A DNA stretch of 64,000 bases from Felis catus (GCF_018350175.1 NC_058369.1:26662001-26726000); one strand, 5' to 3'. Counted from the first letter of the stretch, positions 25,678-39,749 are shown. Notes: generated from the sequence alone by a model not told the origin. Translations and numbers: made by a program.

Positions 25678-25888
25678 GGGGCGCCTGGGTGGCTCAGTCG
25701 GTTAAGCATCTGACTTCGGCTCAGGTCATGATCTCGCGGTCCATGAGTTTGAGCCCCGCGTCGGGCTCTGTGCTGACAGCTCAGAGCCTGGAGCCTGTTT
25801 CAAATTCTGTGTCTCCCTCTCTCTCTGACCCTCCCCCGTTCATGCTGTCTCTCCCTGTCTCAAAAATAAATAATCGTTAAAAAAAAAA
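25678..25888 (+). mobile_element. Can-SINE
   Basis: Full body; TSD aaaagtct(a/c)tgattct. Confidence 0.96.
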
Positions 25889-25959
25889 GTCTCTGATTCT
25901 ATCAAAGGACATATTCTTATTGGATTATATGATATCTCTATTATTTAGTCATTATTATT

Positions 25960-26174
25960 ATTTTTAAAGTTTATTTATTTTTGACAGAGAGAGAGAGAGA
26001 GAGAGAGAGCGAGCTAGGGAGGGGCAGAGAGAGAGGGAGACACAGAATCCGAAGCAGGCTCCAAGCTCCAAGCTGTCAGCACAGAGCCTGACGCGGGGCT
26101 CGAACTCATGAGCCATGAGATCATGACCTGGGCTGAAGTCGGATGCTTAACCAACTGAGCCACCCAGGCGCCCC
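25960..26174 (-). mobile_element. Can-SINE
   Basis: Full body, tail-to-tail with the preceding copy. Confidence 0.95.
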
Positions 26175-26219
26175 ATCTATTTTTTATTTTTAAGGAATTA
26201 TCATACCATTTTCTTACTA

Positions 26220-26875
26220 AAGAAAACAAAAACACTAATTTGAAATTTTTTAATGTTTATTTATCAAAAATACTAATTGGAAAAGATATATGCACCCCTA
26301 TGTTTACTGTAGCATTATTTACAATAGTCAAATTATGGAAGCAGCCCAAGTGTCCACTGAAAGACAAATGGATAAAGAAGATGTGATACACACACATACA
26401 CACACACATAGACATACACACAGGAATATTAGCCATAAAAAAGAATGAAATCTTGCAACAACATGGATGGATCTAGAGAGCATTATGCTAAGTGAAATAA
26501 GTCAGACAGAGAAAGACAAATACCATTTGATTTCACTCATGTGGAATCTAAAAGAGAAAACAAATGAACAAACGAGCAAATAGGGAGAAGAAACTGATGG
26601 TTACCAGAGGGGAGGTGAGTGGGGGATGGGTGAAATAGGTGATGGGGGTTAAGAGGTATTGACTTCCAGTCATAAAATAAGTAAGTCATGGAGATGAAAG
26701 GTACAACCTAGGGAATATGGTCAATAATATTATAATAATGTTTTATGGTGACTACGTTTGCCATGGTGAACATTGAATAATGTATAGAACTGTCAAATCT
26801 CTATCATACACCTGTAACTAATGCGTTGTATGTCAACCATATGTCAGTAATGAATTTAGAAAAAAGAAAGAAAAA
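26220..26875 (+). mobile_element. L1 3' fragment (carnivore/L1MA type)
   Basis: tgcacccctatgtttactgtagcattatttacaatag..., G-rich 3' UTR tract, A-rich tail. Confidence 0.9.
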
Positions 26876-28282
26876 AGGCATATTCTCAGTAGCTCTCATC
26901 AAAAGAATGGATAAATAAGTGGTATGATAGTGGCACAGTAGGACACCATATAACAATGAAATAAGTGATACACTGAATCTCACAAAAGAAATGCTAAGAA
27001 ACCAGGCACAAGAGGATAGAGACTGGTAAAACCAGTACGGGGGTTTGGAGGAAAATCCGAAGGGATAGTGGCAGAAAGGGATAGTGACAAGGAGGGAGGG
27101 GCTCCTGGTGTGTTGGCATTGTGCTGTTTCTTGATCTGGATGGTGGTCACGTGGATTTTGTTCAGTTGGTGGAAATTCATCAAAGTAGGTACTTAGGATA
27201 TATGTACTTCTCCATGACCAAAGCTGGCAAAGAAGTCCAATATTCAAAAAAGATTTCCTAGGAAGTAATTAGTTGTTAATCACTCGCACTTTATTCTGCA
27301 CTGTCTTAGCTGGGGCAAAAAAAAAAAAAAAAAAAAAAAGAAAAAAGAAAAAAAAAGGCATTTTGTAAATGCTGAAGAGTCAGTATCACTGGTAGGTTCA
27401 AATGTGTATTATTAAGAGTTTTGAAGTTATCACTAGAAAGTTTTGGAACCCAACATAATAGCAAGAAAAGTAGTAGAAATCCATTTTCCAAAGCTAATTT
27501 TAAAGTTTAATTGGCATTTTGTTATGAAGATTAATCTCCTCTCTATTGCTATTGGCAGACAGTGTTTAATGTCTACATTGATGTTTTAAATAATAGCTGG
27601 TGGTAAATTAGTGTTCAGGCATCTCTTCACCAACTAGCACCCTCTGAAGACTGGTTTCAAAGTCCTGAGCATGTATCCCACACAAGAGTTTGCCCTGATT
27701 CACTGGGGATGCAGACCCACTAAAGATAAGAATGAAGGGAAGACAGAAGCCTCAGAGATGAGCTGCAAGTGGCACATACGTGAGCAAATAGCTCTTTCAC
27801 AATATATGGTAGCTTTTGGCATATGTCTTCACCATGCAAAGGGGTAAATCACAATGTAAAGAGCAGGCCACGGTGTAACTTGAAAAACTTTGCTAAATCG
27901 AAGGGATGACCTACCAACTGAACACAGCAGACATCAGAAGGCGGGTTATTTAAAAGAAACAACTGGTCAGAATCTAGACTGTGTTTTGTCAATGGCATTC
28001 ACGTTGACCTAGGCTTAACCAGACCCAATGCCACCTCTGCAATGTCTGTCACAAACATTTTGGCTTGTAACCTGGAGACACTTCAAAACCCCTGACTCAA
28101 TTTGTACTTCATCATCTATGCATACTAACCCCTTAGGAATGTCTCAGGTAGAGAATTCTCAGGTAATTTAAATGCAATAGTGGCAAAAGTCCTTGCAAAG
28201 AGGTTGCTTTGTATGTCATATATATATAGCTCTCTTTGGCGGGGTGGGGGTGGGGTGGGTAGACGGCATGAAAGTATTTTTT

Positions 28283-28494
28283 TAATTGTTTATTTAAGTT
28301 TATTTATTTATTTTGAGAGAGACAGAAAGCAGGGAAGAGGCAGAGAAAGAGAGGGAGAGAGAGAGAATCCCAAGCAGGCTGTGCACTATCAGAGCGGAGC
28401 CCAATGTGGGGCTTGAACTCATGAACCATGAGATCACGACCTGAGTAGCAACTAAGAGTTGGTCGCTCAACTGACTGAGCTGCCCAGTCACCCT
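28283..28494 (-). mobile_element. Can-SINE
   Basis: Body with (GA)n; TSD aaagtattttttt. Confidence 0.93.
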
Positions 28495-31400
28495 GCACCA
28501 AAGTATTTTTTTAAAATGATGCTTATATCGATGGGCTAAATTTGTATAGAATACCCTTTTAATCCACGACTTCCATACAACATACTTCTATCCATTTTGC
28601 CTTGGAAGTCAGCTTGCTGATTTTCAGAAAGAATTCTCGGACAATCATAGCCGAACTCTAATAACCTTAAAGGAAGTTGATAAACAATTTCTAATTTTCT
28701 AGCACCTACCTACTGAGTTCAAGGTACTTCTTGAGTTTAACAATCAACTATAGACTAGAAGGCAGTTAGTAAAGCTAAATGGAACACGTTTTTTATATTA
28801 TATTCAAGGATATGCCATCTGTAAGGCAACTGTAGCCTTGTACATGGGCTAAGCACAGTAGTCATTCAATACACGGTAGTTTAAAATATTATTTAAAGAA
28901 CCGGGAGGAAAACAATTACTGAGCCTGCTTATAGAAACGAAAATAGCAAAGCCAACCGATGTTTCTAGAGTGGGAAGATGATAACTTTAAGTTCAGATGT
29001 CAAACAGTTTGGCTATACTGTAGTAATGACAGATACACCAACATCTGTGCATGCTTCTGCATATTAAAATACTGTAAAGCTTAAAGTCCCAATGGAAGTT
29101 AAGTTGCCACGTGATCACAGAATTTTTCTAGTGGCCTTTTTCTGGGGGTGGTGGTGCAGTGTAGTGGAAGGTGAGCCAGCTTTTCTGGCCAAAGTTCTAG
29201 CGTTTGATACTCTGCTTTGTCACCTACTAGATGTGAACTAGCTAAAACCTCTCTGCTTCCTGTTCTCTCAACTAGGAATAAGTAAGCCCTCTTGTGAGGG
29301 TGGGAGATGAAGCCTGGACAGGAAGTGTGGGGCACCTTGTAGAGGGCTTAGCACACAGCAAATACGTACCCCAAAACCTTAAAGTTGCAAACAAGGTTCT
29401 TGAATCAAAGACCTTGATCTCAATGTGTCTAGGAAATACTGTCAGCCTGAGGCTTCTTCCATAAAACCGGGAAATGGCAAGCAATGACTTGCTCCTTTAA
29501 AATTAGGAAAACTAAGCCATCAAAGAAGATAGATTTCTTCAATAAACATTTGACTAGTAGGATGCTAACCTTAGCATTAGAATATTAGAGAACAGACAGT
29601 AAAAAGTTACAGTGTGTTGGCTAAACAACTAATGTGTTTTCATCGATTCATACTTCTGATAGTCTCTTAATTTTTGCCCAGTCTTTCTATCTACCATTTC
29701 TGAAATTCCTGAAATCTGAAACTGCTCCTCTTCACCGAAGTAACTGGCACATTGTTTGCATACCTAGCTGTTCAGAAATGGAGATATTAAAATGTCTTAC
29801 TTCCTTTTGCAATCTCATATCATCACCCAAATTTTGGTCCACGTTTCCATTTTTAACTATTTAAACACACTTCTGCTCTAGACCGTTTTGTCCACAATTA
29901 AATTGGACATGAGACGCAAAGAGTTTGTTTACTCAAAAGAACAAACTACTCTGTAGCATCACAAGTATTTGGACTGAAAAAGATACTCAAAAATTAAGAC
30001 AGAGGGCCAGGAGCAAGTTCCACCTGGGAAACCTCGATGCTTAATGCAAATCCTTTTACTAGTAGCACCGATGTTATTTAAGCACCACATTCTGTAGCTT
30101 CAGTGATACCCCCTACAGTGCATTGACAGATAAACTGAGATAATGACTCTTTTTTCAGAGGCAAGGAGAGAGAGTATAGTTTGGACCAAACAGGAAAACA
30201 CACTCTTCTCCAAAGGCTATTAATTGGTAGAAGTGTCCAATGTAATGAATGAAGTGTTCTCACCATGGCTAACACTATGGTTTATAAAACTGCTGTTAGT
30301 CTTGTCCAAGTTAAATTCACTCCATCAACCACGAAGCTGCACATCTATAATTTAGCTCTGGGAACAAGGCAGGCGCACAGAGGGTACTCTCTGGGGAATG
30401 ACCGGAGAGACATCAGGTTCTGCTTCTAAATATTTTTCTCTCTTTGGTGAACATTGAGAAAACACCAACATGTTACCTGGCAGAAGTGACCCATTAATTC
30501 ATTCTTATGTTAGCACTTGATTCAACTATTAACAGAGGACAAGAAGCACATATAGCTATCACTTATTGAATAGTACCAATAATTAGTTTTTGGAATTCTA
30601 CTGAATTTGAAAAAGTTTGTTTTAGAATGCCAGGCACACTGGTTTACATTTCTAACTACTCAGAAATAGGTACAAGAAAGCATATTTTTGGATTTTGGAC
30701 TAAGTGTTCTACATGTACGATCTCATTTAATACTCATGATGACCCTATGGAATAAGTATTATTATTTTCTCCAAGTAGATAGATGAGATAACTGACGTTC
30801 AAGGAGGTTAAGAAATGTGTCCAAGGCCACATAAGTTAAAAGAAGCAAAGCCAGAATTAAAATCCTGGTCTGTCTGATTTGAGCTGGGTGCTCTGAGGCA
30901 TAGTGTCTACTGCTCTTGACTCTCAGAAGAATGAAAATGTAGATTGACATGCATAGAATTCTCTTTGGGGAAGGCCCTGAAGGTGGCAAAGATGAAGGCT
31001 GTCTATCAGGTGGCCCAGGAAAGCATGAGGCCAGTGGGCACCTGTAGTGGAAGCCTTGGAAGGAGGGAGAGTCACCAGGTGAACCTGCATAGTTGGGCCA
31101 GGATGATGGACGTAATTACAACACACAGAGCAACCTGACCCCAAAACAGGTGTTTTGCAACAATGGAATATTGTTGTAACTGAAGAAAGTCAGAGGTCAG
31201 AAAGACATTTATGAATTCTTTAAACAATGGGGTATTGTTGGAAAGACAGCTGCAAATGGCATACTTGAGTGGCAAATTCAAAAAGACAGATGGCTTCCCT
31301 TTGAACAAAGAGTATTATTATATACCCTAGAAAATGCAGAACTTCATGTAATGGAACAGTGGCTTGAAAGCTCTAAAAATCTACAAAATCATTTTCCTCT

Positions 31401-31696
31401 AAGTTTATAGAGTACAAATTGCAAAGGACAGTAAACTTCTACTATTTAAAAAAAAAATATGGGCTCAAGTTCATCAGGGAGGCAGTGAAAGTAATCCCTT
31501 TTCATTATCCAAAGGAAATGGCTTGGCAATTCAAAAAAATTATACCATGGCTTTTAAAAATGTCCTTCCACAATTCAGTTTTGATTTTTTAAAAATGAAA
31601 ATGTGAAAAACTAAAAAATTATATGAGATTCATTTTACTTTTTTCCTTATAAAAATTTCCTTATACAATTTTTCTAAACAGAATACCTGAATTTTT

Positions 31697-31913
31697 TTAA
31701 AAAATTTTTTAACGTTTATTTATTTTTGAGACAGAGAGAGACAGAGCATGAACAGGGGAGGGGCAGAGAGAGAGGGAGACACAGAATCTGAAACAGGCTC
31801 CAGGCTCTGAACTGTCAGCACCGAGCCCGACGCGGGGCTCGAACTCACGGACCGTGAGATCATGACCTGAACCGAAGTCGGACGCTTAACCGACCAAGCC
31901 ATCCAGGCGCCCC
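31697..31913 (-). mobile_element. Can-SINE, fairly young
   Basis: CpG-retaining body; TSD agaatacctgaattttt. Confidence 0.96.
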
Positions 31914-32399
31914 AAGAATACCTGAATTTTTAATTGGTAGCATATCTTGTCTTGTGACAATAACCATTCTTCAATAAGCTCAAACTTTTTCTGGAAACAC
32001 AAAGCCTGTTATATACGTCTTTTTTGTTTGTTTGTTTAAAGATGCACATAATGACATTTACGGGTTTAAAATGATTCATTCAAAACTGTTTGAATGCAGT
32101 TATACATGTGGAAAAGTTTAATTACCAGCTATCTGCATGGTTGCGATATTACCCAGAGGGCTGTACTTGTTTCTTAATTAAAAATATTTGAACTTAATAA
32201 TAGGGAACTCTATTTAAATATGAATAAAACATTGCAAGGAAGAAGTTTACCAAGTAGTTAGCAAATCAATTTCAGTAAGCGTTCCTTAAGAATTACTAGT
32301 CCTCTGTCGTATCAGGGGATGTACCTCCGTTCGTAAGAACCTTTAATTTTCCCTTGTCATAGAGTCACCTCTCGTTGGCACTTTGGGAGATCAGATTTT

Positions 32400-33250
32400 C
32401 GATGGGGTGTCCACTTAGAATTCTTGATTGAAGTACCTTGATGGCTAAGTGGATGGCTCAGGTCTCCTCGCAGTCTTCCAGAGCCCAGTAAATTACATGA
32501 CCATCCTCCTGGTCATTCAGGACACAAACCTGAGAATCATCCTTGATTCTGCCTGTTTCCTCCTCCCTTTGGCCCCCCCATTATGCCAGGATTCTGCCAT
32601 TTTCTTCATCTCCACTCAGATCTATCAGAATAATGCCTGAACTGTTTTCCCTGCTTCTATTCCTGCCTTGTTGCATCCATCTTGACACTGTGAAATGGAA
32701 GTTTTTGAATGTACATGTCATTGCCTTGCTTCAAACCCTACGAAGACTTGCCATTGCATTTGGAATAAAGGCCACCTTCCTCACCATGGCCTTCCTGACC
32801 TTACATCATTTGAGTCCTATGTACCTCTCTGCCCTCATTCTCTACTATTTTCCCCTTGCCCTTATGTCCCAGCTTTCTGACCTCCACTATTTCTCATAGA
32901 TGTCCATTTCGGGAGCTTTGCACCCACTGTTCCTGATACCTGAAACATTATTCCTAGGTTCTCTGCATGGCTAGCTTCATCTTAAACTTTAAATCTCAGC
33001 TCAACTGTCACCTACTTTGTCAGGTAGTATCTAAAGTATCCACCATTCTGGCCAACCCTGTTCTCTATTATATCACCTTGTTTTGGTCTTCCTGCACCTT
33101 TATCATAGCGTATGATGACTTTGAGTATTTGCCTTCATGTCTTCATTGTCTGTGTTTCCCAACAGATACAAGCCCCCTGTCTGTTTTGATTGGTGTATCT
33201 CTGGCACCTGGGGGAACACCTGCCCTGACAGGTGCTCAACAAAAGAGATG
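32400..33250 (+). mobile_element. L2 3' remnant
   Basis: Pyrimidine-rich degenerate body ending in cctgccctgacaggtgctcaacaaaa. Confidence 0.65.
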
Positions 33251-33634
33251 ATGCTGTCACTTATCCAGAAGTAGAACCAGAACAGCTATAATTCATCACC
33301 TAGAAGTCCTTTATGTTAGAAATCCAGCCTAGGTGGTAGAAACCACTATCCATGTCAGCGCTCTAAATTTATGGACTACAATGCTAGCCACCAAAGGGAA
33401 TTTCATACCTGCATTCATATAAGATTAGATGGACTTCTAGCCTCAGGATAATTGTCAAACTTTCTCTTGCATCAAATACATTTCCTCTGAGTCATACCAG
33501 TAGAATCCTCCCAGGTCTGACTGAGCTTATCGTATCTCTGTTAGAATTCACTACTAGGAAATACTAGTTGAAGTATTAAATCTTAAATATCTTGAAGGAA
33601 AGCTTTTCATTCAAATGAAATCCATTTGTGGGGG

Positions 33635-35800
33635 CAATTAGGAAAGAAAGAAATAAAAGACATCCAGATTGGAAAGGCAGTAGAACTATTTCTATTTGCA
33701 ATGACATGATCTTGTATATAGAAAATCCTAGGGAATTCACAAAAACACTATTAGAACTAATTAACATTCAGCAAGGTTGCAAGATATAAAAAAATCAATA
33801 TAAAAATAAACTGCATTTCTATGAACACTAGCAATGAACAAATAAAAAATAAAATTAAGGAAATAATTCTATTCACAACAGCATCAAAAAATTTACTTAG
33901 GAATAAATTTAACAAAGGAAGTGCAGGATCTGTGTGCTGAAAATTATAAAACATTGCTGAAAGAAATTAAAGAAACAAACAGAAAGATATCCATGGATTG
34001 GAAGGCTTAATATTGTTAAGATGTTAAGATATTCCCCAAATCGATTTAAAGATTCAATGCAATCCTAGTTGCCTTTTTTTTTTTTTTCAGAAATTGACAG
34101 GTTGATCCTCAAATTCCTATGGAAATGCAAAAAGAATCCAGAAAAGGAAGCACAAAGTTGAAGGGGTCACACTTCCTGATTTCAAAGCCTACTATAAAAC
34201 TAGGAATCAAGACAGTGTGGTACTGCATAGAGATAGACATATAGATAAACAGAATAGAACTGAGAAGTCGGAAATAAACTTTTACATGCACGGTCAACTG
34301 ATTTTCAAAAAGGGTGACAGACAATTCAATGGGAAAAGACAGTCTTTCAACTGACAGTGCTGGCACAAGTGAATATCCACAGGCAAAAAAATGTAGTTGA
34401 ACCTCTATTCCCACTATAGACAGAAATCAGCCAGAACTGGATCATAGGACAAAATTTAAGAGTTAAACTATAAAATTCTGGGGCGCCTGAGTGGCTCAGT
34501 CTGTTAAGCGTCGACTTCAGCTCAGGTCATGATCTTGCAGTTCGGGAGTTCGAGCCCCGCTCTGGCCTCTGTACCGACAGCTTAGAGCCTGGAGCCTGCT
34601 TTGGATTCTGTGTGTTTCTTTCTCTCTGCCCCTCCTCTGCTCATGCTCTGTCTCTCTCTGTCTCTCAAAAAGAAATAAAACATAAAAGAAAAAAAAATTT
34701 AAAAAGAGTTAAACTATAAAATTCTTAGAAGAAAACATAGGAATAAACTGTGATCTCGGATCAGGCAACCATTCTTAGATATGACACAAAAGCATAAGCA
34801 ACAGAAGAAATAAATAAACTAGACTTCACCAAAATGAAAAAAACTTCTATTGCTTCAAAAGATAGCCAAAGAAATGAAAAGACAAGTTACAGAATGGGAG
34901 AGTATACTTGCGTATCATGTATCTAAGAAACTGTATCCAAACTTTTAGACCTGGATACTAAAAAGACAAATAATCCAATGAAAAAATAGGCCAAAGGTCT
35001 GAATAGGTGTTTTTCCAAAGAAGATATACAAATGGGCTGATAAGTGTACAAAAAGATGCTCAACAGCTTTAGTCATTAGGGAAAAGCAAACCCAAACCAC
35101 AAGGAGATGTCACTTTACACACTAGGATGGCTGAAATGAAAAAGGCAGACAATAACGAGTGTTGACTGAGATGTGGAGAAATCCCCCAACCTTGCTTTGC
35201 TGGTGGGAATGTAATATGGTGCAGCTGCTTAGGGAAACAGTTTGGCAGTTTCTCAAAAGTTAAATGTAAAGTTCCATATGACCTGGCAATTCCACTCCTA
35301 GGTATACACCCAGGAGGACTGAAAACATATGTCCACACAAAAATGTGCATATGAATGTTCATAGCAGCATCTTTCATTATAGCCGAAGAGTGGAAACAAC
35401 CAACTATCAACTGATAGATGAATAAGCAAATACGGCACACTCACATAATGGATTATTATTCAGGCATAAAAAGAAATGGAAAGCTACAACATAGAAAGAA
35501 CTTGAGAACATCATGCTAAATCAAAGAAGTCAGACACAAAAGGGCACACTGTGTCTGATTTCCTTTATAGGAAATGTCCAGAACAGGCAAATCCATAGAG
35601 ACAGGAAATAAATTAATGGTTTCTGGGAGTTTGGGGGAAGCAGGCAATGGGGAATGACTATTAATGGGCACAGAGTTTCTTTTGGGGTGATAATAGTGAT
35701 CTAGGATTAGTGGTCATGGTTGTATAACTCTGTGAATGCACTAAAAAAGGCTGAATTTTGTATTGTGTGAAGTAAATATGAGTGAATTATTAAAACAAAA
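33635..35800 (+). mobile_element. Old L1 ORF2 3' half plus 3' UTR, degenerate and interrupted by a SINE
   Basis: RT-region remnant (ctatttgcaatgacatgatcttgtatatagaaaatcct, a frameshifted LFADDMI-like motif), later ORF2 motifs and 3' UTR; many stops. Confidence 0.92.
34480..34703 (+). mobile_element. Can-SINE inside L1
   Basis: TSD aagagttaaa(a)ctataaaattct. Confidence 0.95.
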
Positions 35801-37079
35801 GTCACCACCATGGTTTTCTGGGACCTGGGGAAAAAATCCTTTCGCAGAGTTAGCAACACACAGCACTCTTGAGGAAACTTGTTTTCACAGATTCTTAGCT
35901 GCAGCTATTAAGTGGAGAGAACGTCGGGTATTAGCACCCTTTCACTATGACCATGAATTTCCTTTTTAAAGGAAGAACACTGGAAGAACACTCCATTCCC
36001 ATCGTAAATTCACCCTGAAATGGGGCAAGGTGCCTATGCCTTCAATAATTTTACACGCTATTAAACTGAGGTTACCACATTCACAAATGCGAGCTGCAGA
36101 TAGCAGTGATCATGTGGGTTGTAGAGATCACATTTTATTAACCTGAATTTTGACACGGAGGTCAAACCTCTCTGCACAAATGGTAAGCAGTGCCTTTGTG
36201 CCTTGATCCCCTCAACAAAAGATGAAGCTCCTTCCCTCTTTGATCCTCTTGAAGGGAGTACTCTGTCAGTCTCCTTAGCTGTAAAATGGAATAATAAAAA
36301 ATGGAACGCTACACAGAGGGCTCCCATGCAGAAGGGACACGTGTCAGGTTTGTGCTTTGTAATTGGCAGTGAGCAGCTGTGAGAAGGGTCTCTTGAGACA
36401 ACCCAAATGGTGTCTGCATACTGGCTTTTCCTAAAAGCCTCTTAAATTAACAGGATGGGTAAGGAAAGTGCCTTACTCTCTCTCCAACCTTTCATTATTC
36501 CCTGGTATTATCTTAGAGCGCTATTTTTCAGGCAGTGGACTTGGCTGAGTGGCCAGCTACTTAAAGTCCATTTGTGCCTCCAGCTCCCAAGGTGCTTTTT
36601 GTGCTCTGGTTTTATTTCCACAGAAAGATGGAAAGATAAAAAATAAACAATCTTTTGGCTATATTACGATGACAGATTTTACCTAGTAGAAGGGTGGTGG
36701 CAAAAAGATTAGGGGAAAATGGACTGGAAGACTTCTTCAAGACTTGCTTTGGCTCTGGTTTTTGGCAGCCCAGCCAAGTGGAGCACCATTGTAGAATAAA
36801 TCTGTCAGGTTAGTTTATTAGCTGCATTCCACTTGTTAGCACACCAAAGAAAAAAAATTACAGTTAGGTAGAACATTTGTTTTGGAACTATTTTCAAAAA
36901 AAAAAATGAGAAACATGCAAAAATAATCCTGACAACTTTTATCCTAAACCACCATACAACAAATCCATTTTCATTATGTTAGGTGATTTACTACTTTCTT
37001 GTGTGCACGTGTACACACACGCATACAAATGTGGGAAATAAGAGGAACGCACATTCCGGTTTTATCTGGATCTTTCTTG

Positions 37080-37290
37080 AGGAGTGGCCACCATTTCTGG
37101 ACTCAGCTTCAAGTTCTAACTCCTCAACTAACTAGCTGCTGTCCTTGAACACAGTGCATAACCATTCTGAACTTCGGTTTCTTCATCTGGAAAACGAGGA
37201 TGAAGGTCTCCACCTCTCCGGTCATTGTGAGGATTAAATACTTCACGAAAAAGGGGCTGGCATGGTCAATGCTAAGAAATATTAGCTTTT
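37080..37290 (+). mobile_element. MIR
   Basis: cttcggtttcttcatctggaaaacgagg...ttgtgaggattaaat core. Confidence 0.75.
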
Positions 37291-37458
37291 TCTATTTTGT
37301 TATTGATGATGTACGTGTGTGTTCCTTGTGTGAGCGAATAGTCCACCCTAAATTGCTTAGAACATAATTGAGCCAAAGCTTTACAGTATAACACATACAG
37401 AATACTTAGGATATGACAAATAGAGTAAACCTTTAATGTTTAAAAAAAATGAAATACT

Positions 37459-37648
37459 GGGGTGCTTGGGTGGCTCGGTGGGTTAAGCATCTGGCTCTTG
37501 ACTTCAGTTCAGGTCATGATCTCACGGTCCAAGGGTTCAAGCCGCACATCGGGTTCTGCCTGGCTGTGCAGAGCCTGCTTGGGATTTTCTCTGCTTCTCC
37601 CCTGCTCGTGTGCTCTATCTCTCTCAAAATAAAGAAATAACCTTAAAA
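37459..37648 (+). mobile_element. Can-SINE, older
   Basis: ggggtgcttgggtggctcgg... body with A-rich tail. Confidence 0.9.
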
Positions 37649-38292
37649 AGATGGAATATAAGTTCATTTGTTCTGCAGAGCTTCATTTGTTCTCTGGTTT
37701 CTAAGTGCAGCTCTGGGGGGGTTGAAGGAAGAAAAGTACTAACATAGGAAGGAAGAAAATCAATCTGATGGACATGAATATAGCCACCAAACTAGCCTAG
37801 GGATTTCTTCAATGACACTACTCTATGGTTAACCTTCACTCATGCCATTTATTATTTGGGGGAACTGCTGCAAAGAGACCAGAAAGTGAATAGAATAATG
37901 ATGTTTTATGGCTCCTAATGTAGATTGTTATCGAAAATCTGTCAATTTTACTGGCAAGCCTTTGGCTCAAAAAATAAGATCTTCGTTTGTAATTTGCAGG
38001 CAGCGATAACTAAAATTATGAGAAGTAACTGGGAAATAAAAAAATAACTATGATGATAATTATCTTTCTCATTAAAAACAAGAGGCATTCTATTATCACT
38101 GGGATGTGCAATATACTGTTTTAACAGCTGCTGCTACTGAGCTACAACACATCCAAATACGAAGGCAAATACATTACTGATCACCCAAATGATGAAAAAT
38201 AGGTACTGCTGAAAATGTGTGCAAAATGGAACAGAACAGAAACACAGCAGGATGTGCTGCCGGCCTCTGCAGACCAGAGCGAAACCACTTAC

Positions 38293-38667
38293 AGCTACTT
38301 CAGGAATCGGTCTCAGCTTTTCTCCCGAGATTTCCTTTAGGGACGTTTTGTTTATTGAAGTTGGTACTTGATGGGCTGGTAGGTCCTTTGCTTTGATAAC
38401 AGCATCTGGAGTTTTCTGAGAGGATTCACTTCTTCTGGGGGGAGAATGGCATGGTGTAGGCACCAAACTCGTTTGAAAGTCTTTTCTATCTATCTGCTTC
38501 GCCAAGGAATTCTGGCTTTCTGATGCTCTTGCTTCTGCGTAGACACTTTTTAGAGGTCCTGTATCTGTCCGCCTTGTAGCCGTCCCCCGCGTGCTCTCTA
38601 CTGTTAACTGAGTTAACCCTGAAGGGCTAGTTGTTGGGCCCAAGGAACCCTGGATACTGTAGTTACC
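38293..38667 (-). CDS. CFAP20DC: CFAP20DC internal coding exon F (375 nt, phase 0 to 0)
   Basis: Acceptor acatag|GGT, donor GCT|gtaagt. Encodes GNYSIQGSLGPTTSPSGLTQLTVES...SINKTSLKEISGEKLRPIPEVA, 125 codons with no stop. Confidence 0.9.
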
Positions 38668-39441
38668 CTATGTAGGGGAACAAAGTGAAACTATTTTGAG
38701 CCAAAATTTATGGTGAAGAAGCTAGTGAGAACAGTTTTTAATAAGTTCACTTATTCTCTGAACAAAGGCAAAAGTATAGCTATCCTATTTTATTCTGCAA
38801 TAAAAATATAAGTAACTAAAAACAGCAATGCAATGCAAATAGGTATAAATCGTTTGCTAAGATACCCTGCTAGATGGTATAGGAAGTAGTCACCGAAATT
38901 ATAGTCATTTCAAGAAAGCATGTGAAAGAAGAGGATCCATAGGAAGTTACTTTAGAATTATATACTTTGACTTCCTAATAAGCTAAGTCCATGGGAAGAG
39001 AAAGAGCTAGAACTTAATTTAGCTTATTAGGCAGGGAAATGTTACTCTAAAAACAAATTGGCCTATCAAAGTACCTTTTTCTTATACTATTGTAGAGAAG
39101 TTTTATTCTTCAAGAGCAACAGGTAATAAACATGTTTTGTGAAATATTTTTCTTACGTGAAAATTTCAATTATAGTTATTTTTTTTCCATAAGACATGAG
39201 CATCATTAAATACAATTATTTGGAAAGCTAAAAAGGAAAGCAACATGAAATTTACAAGTATGTAGTTCTGGGGTTATCCCTGGGAAAGCAAAAATTAAAA
39301 ATTTTAAATCTGAGAAAGGAGGAACTGCAAACATAAAATCAATGGCTGTGAAAATAAATAATGGAAATGAGAAATTCAGGGCTATTTCATTTGGTAGATT
39401 TTTCTGCTATAAAATAAGAAATTTAAAAACAAACTAGTGCA

Positions 39442-39662
39442 GGGGCACCTGGGTGGCTCAGTCGGTTAAGTGTCCAACTTACGCTCAGGTCATGATCTCA
39501 CTGTTCATGGGTTCGAGCCTCGAGTCAGGCTCTGTGCTGACAGCTCAGAGCCTGGAGCCTACTTTGTATTCTGTGTCTACTCCCCCCCCCCCCCCCCCCC
39601 GGTCCCTGTTCACGCTCTCTCTCTCTCTCTCAAAAGTGAATAAACTTAAAATGATTTTTTTT
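39442..39662 (+). mobile_element. Can-SINE with an internal C19 run
   Basis: TSD aaaaacaaactagtgca on both sides. Confidence 0.95.
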
Positions 39663-39749
39663 AAAAAACAAACTAGTGCAATCATTGCTTATACGTGCCA
39701 TGGTGGATTTTTCCAATTTGTCTTATTTATTTAAGTATTTAAATATGTA

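Noticed and set aside
27317..27356. Isolated poly-A tract as a retrocopy tail
   Set aside because: No convincing TSD or upstream body; slippage expansion is sufficient.
28241..28259. G4 motif ggggtgggggtggggtggg (a similar one near 11278)
   Set aside because: Common in mammalian DNA and not near a promoter or splice site.
33635..35800. Functional reverse transcriptase gene
   Set aside because: Old L1 ORF2 with frameshifts, stops and a SINE insertion; no long + strand ORF.
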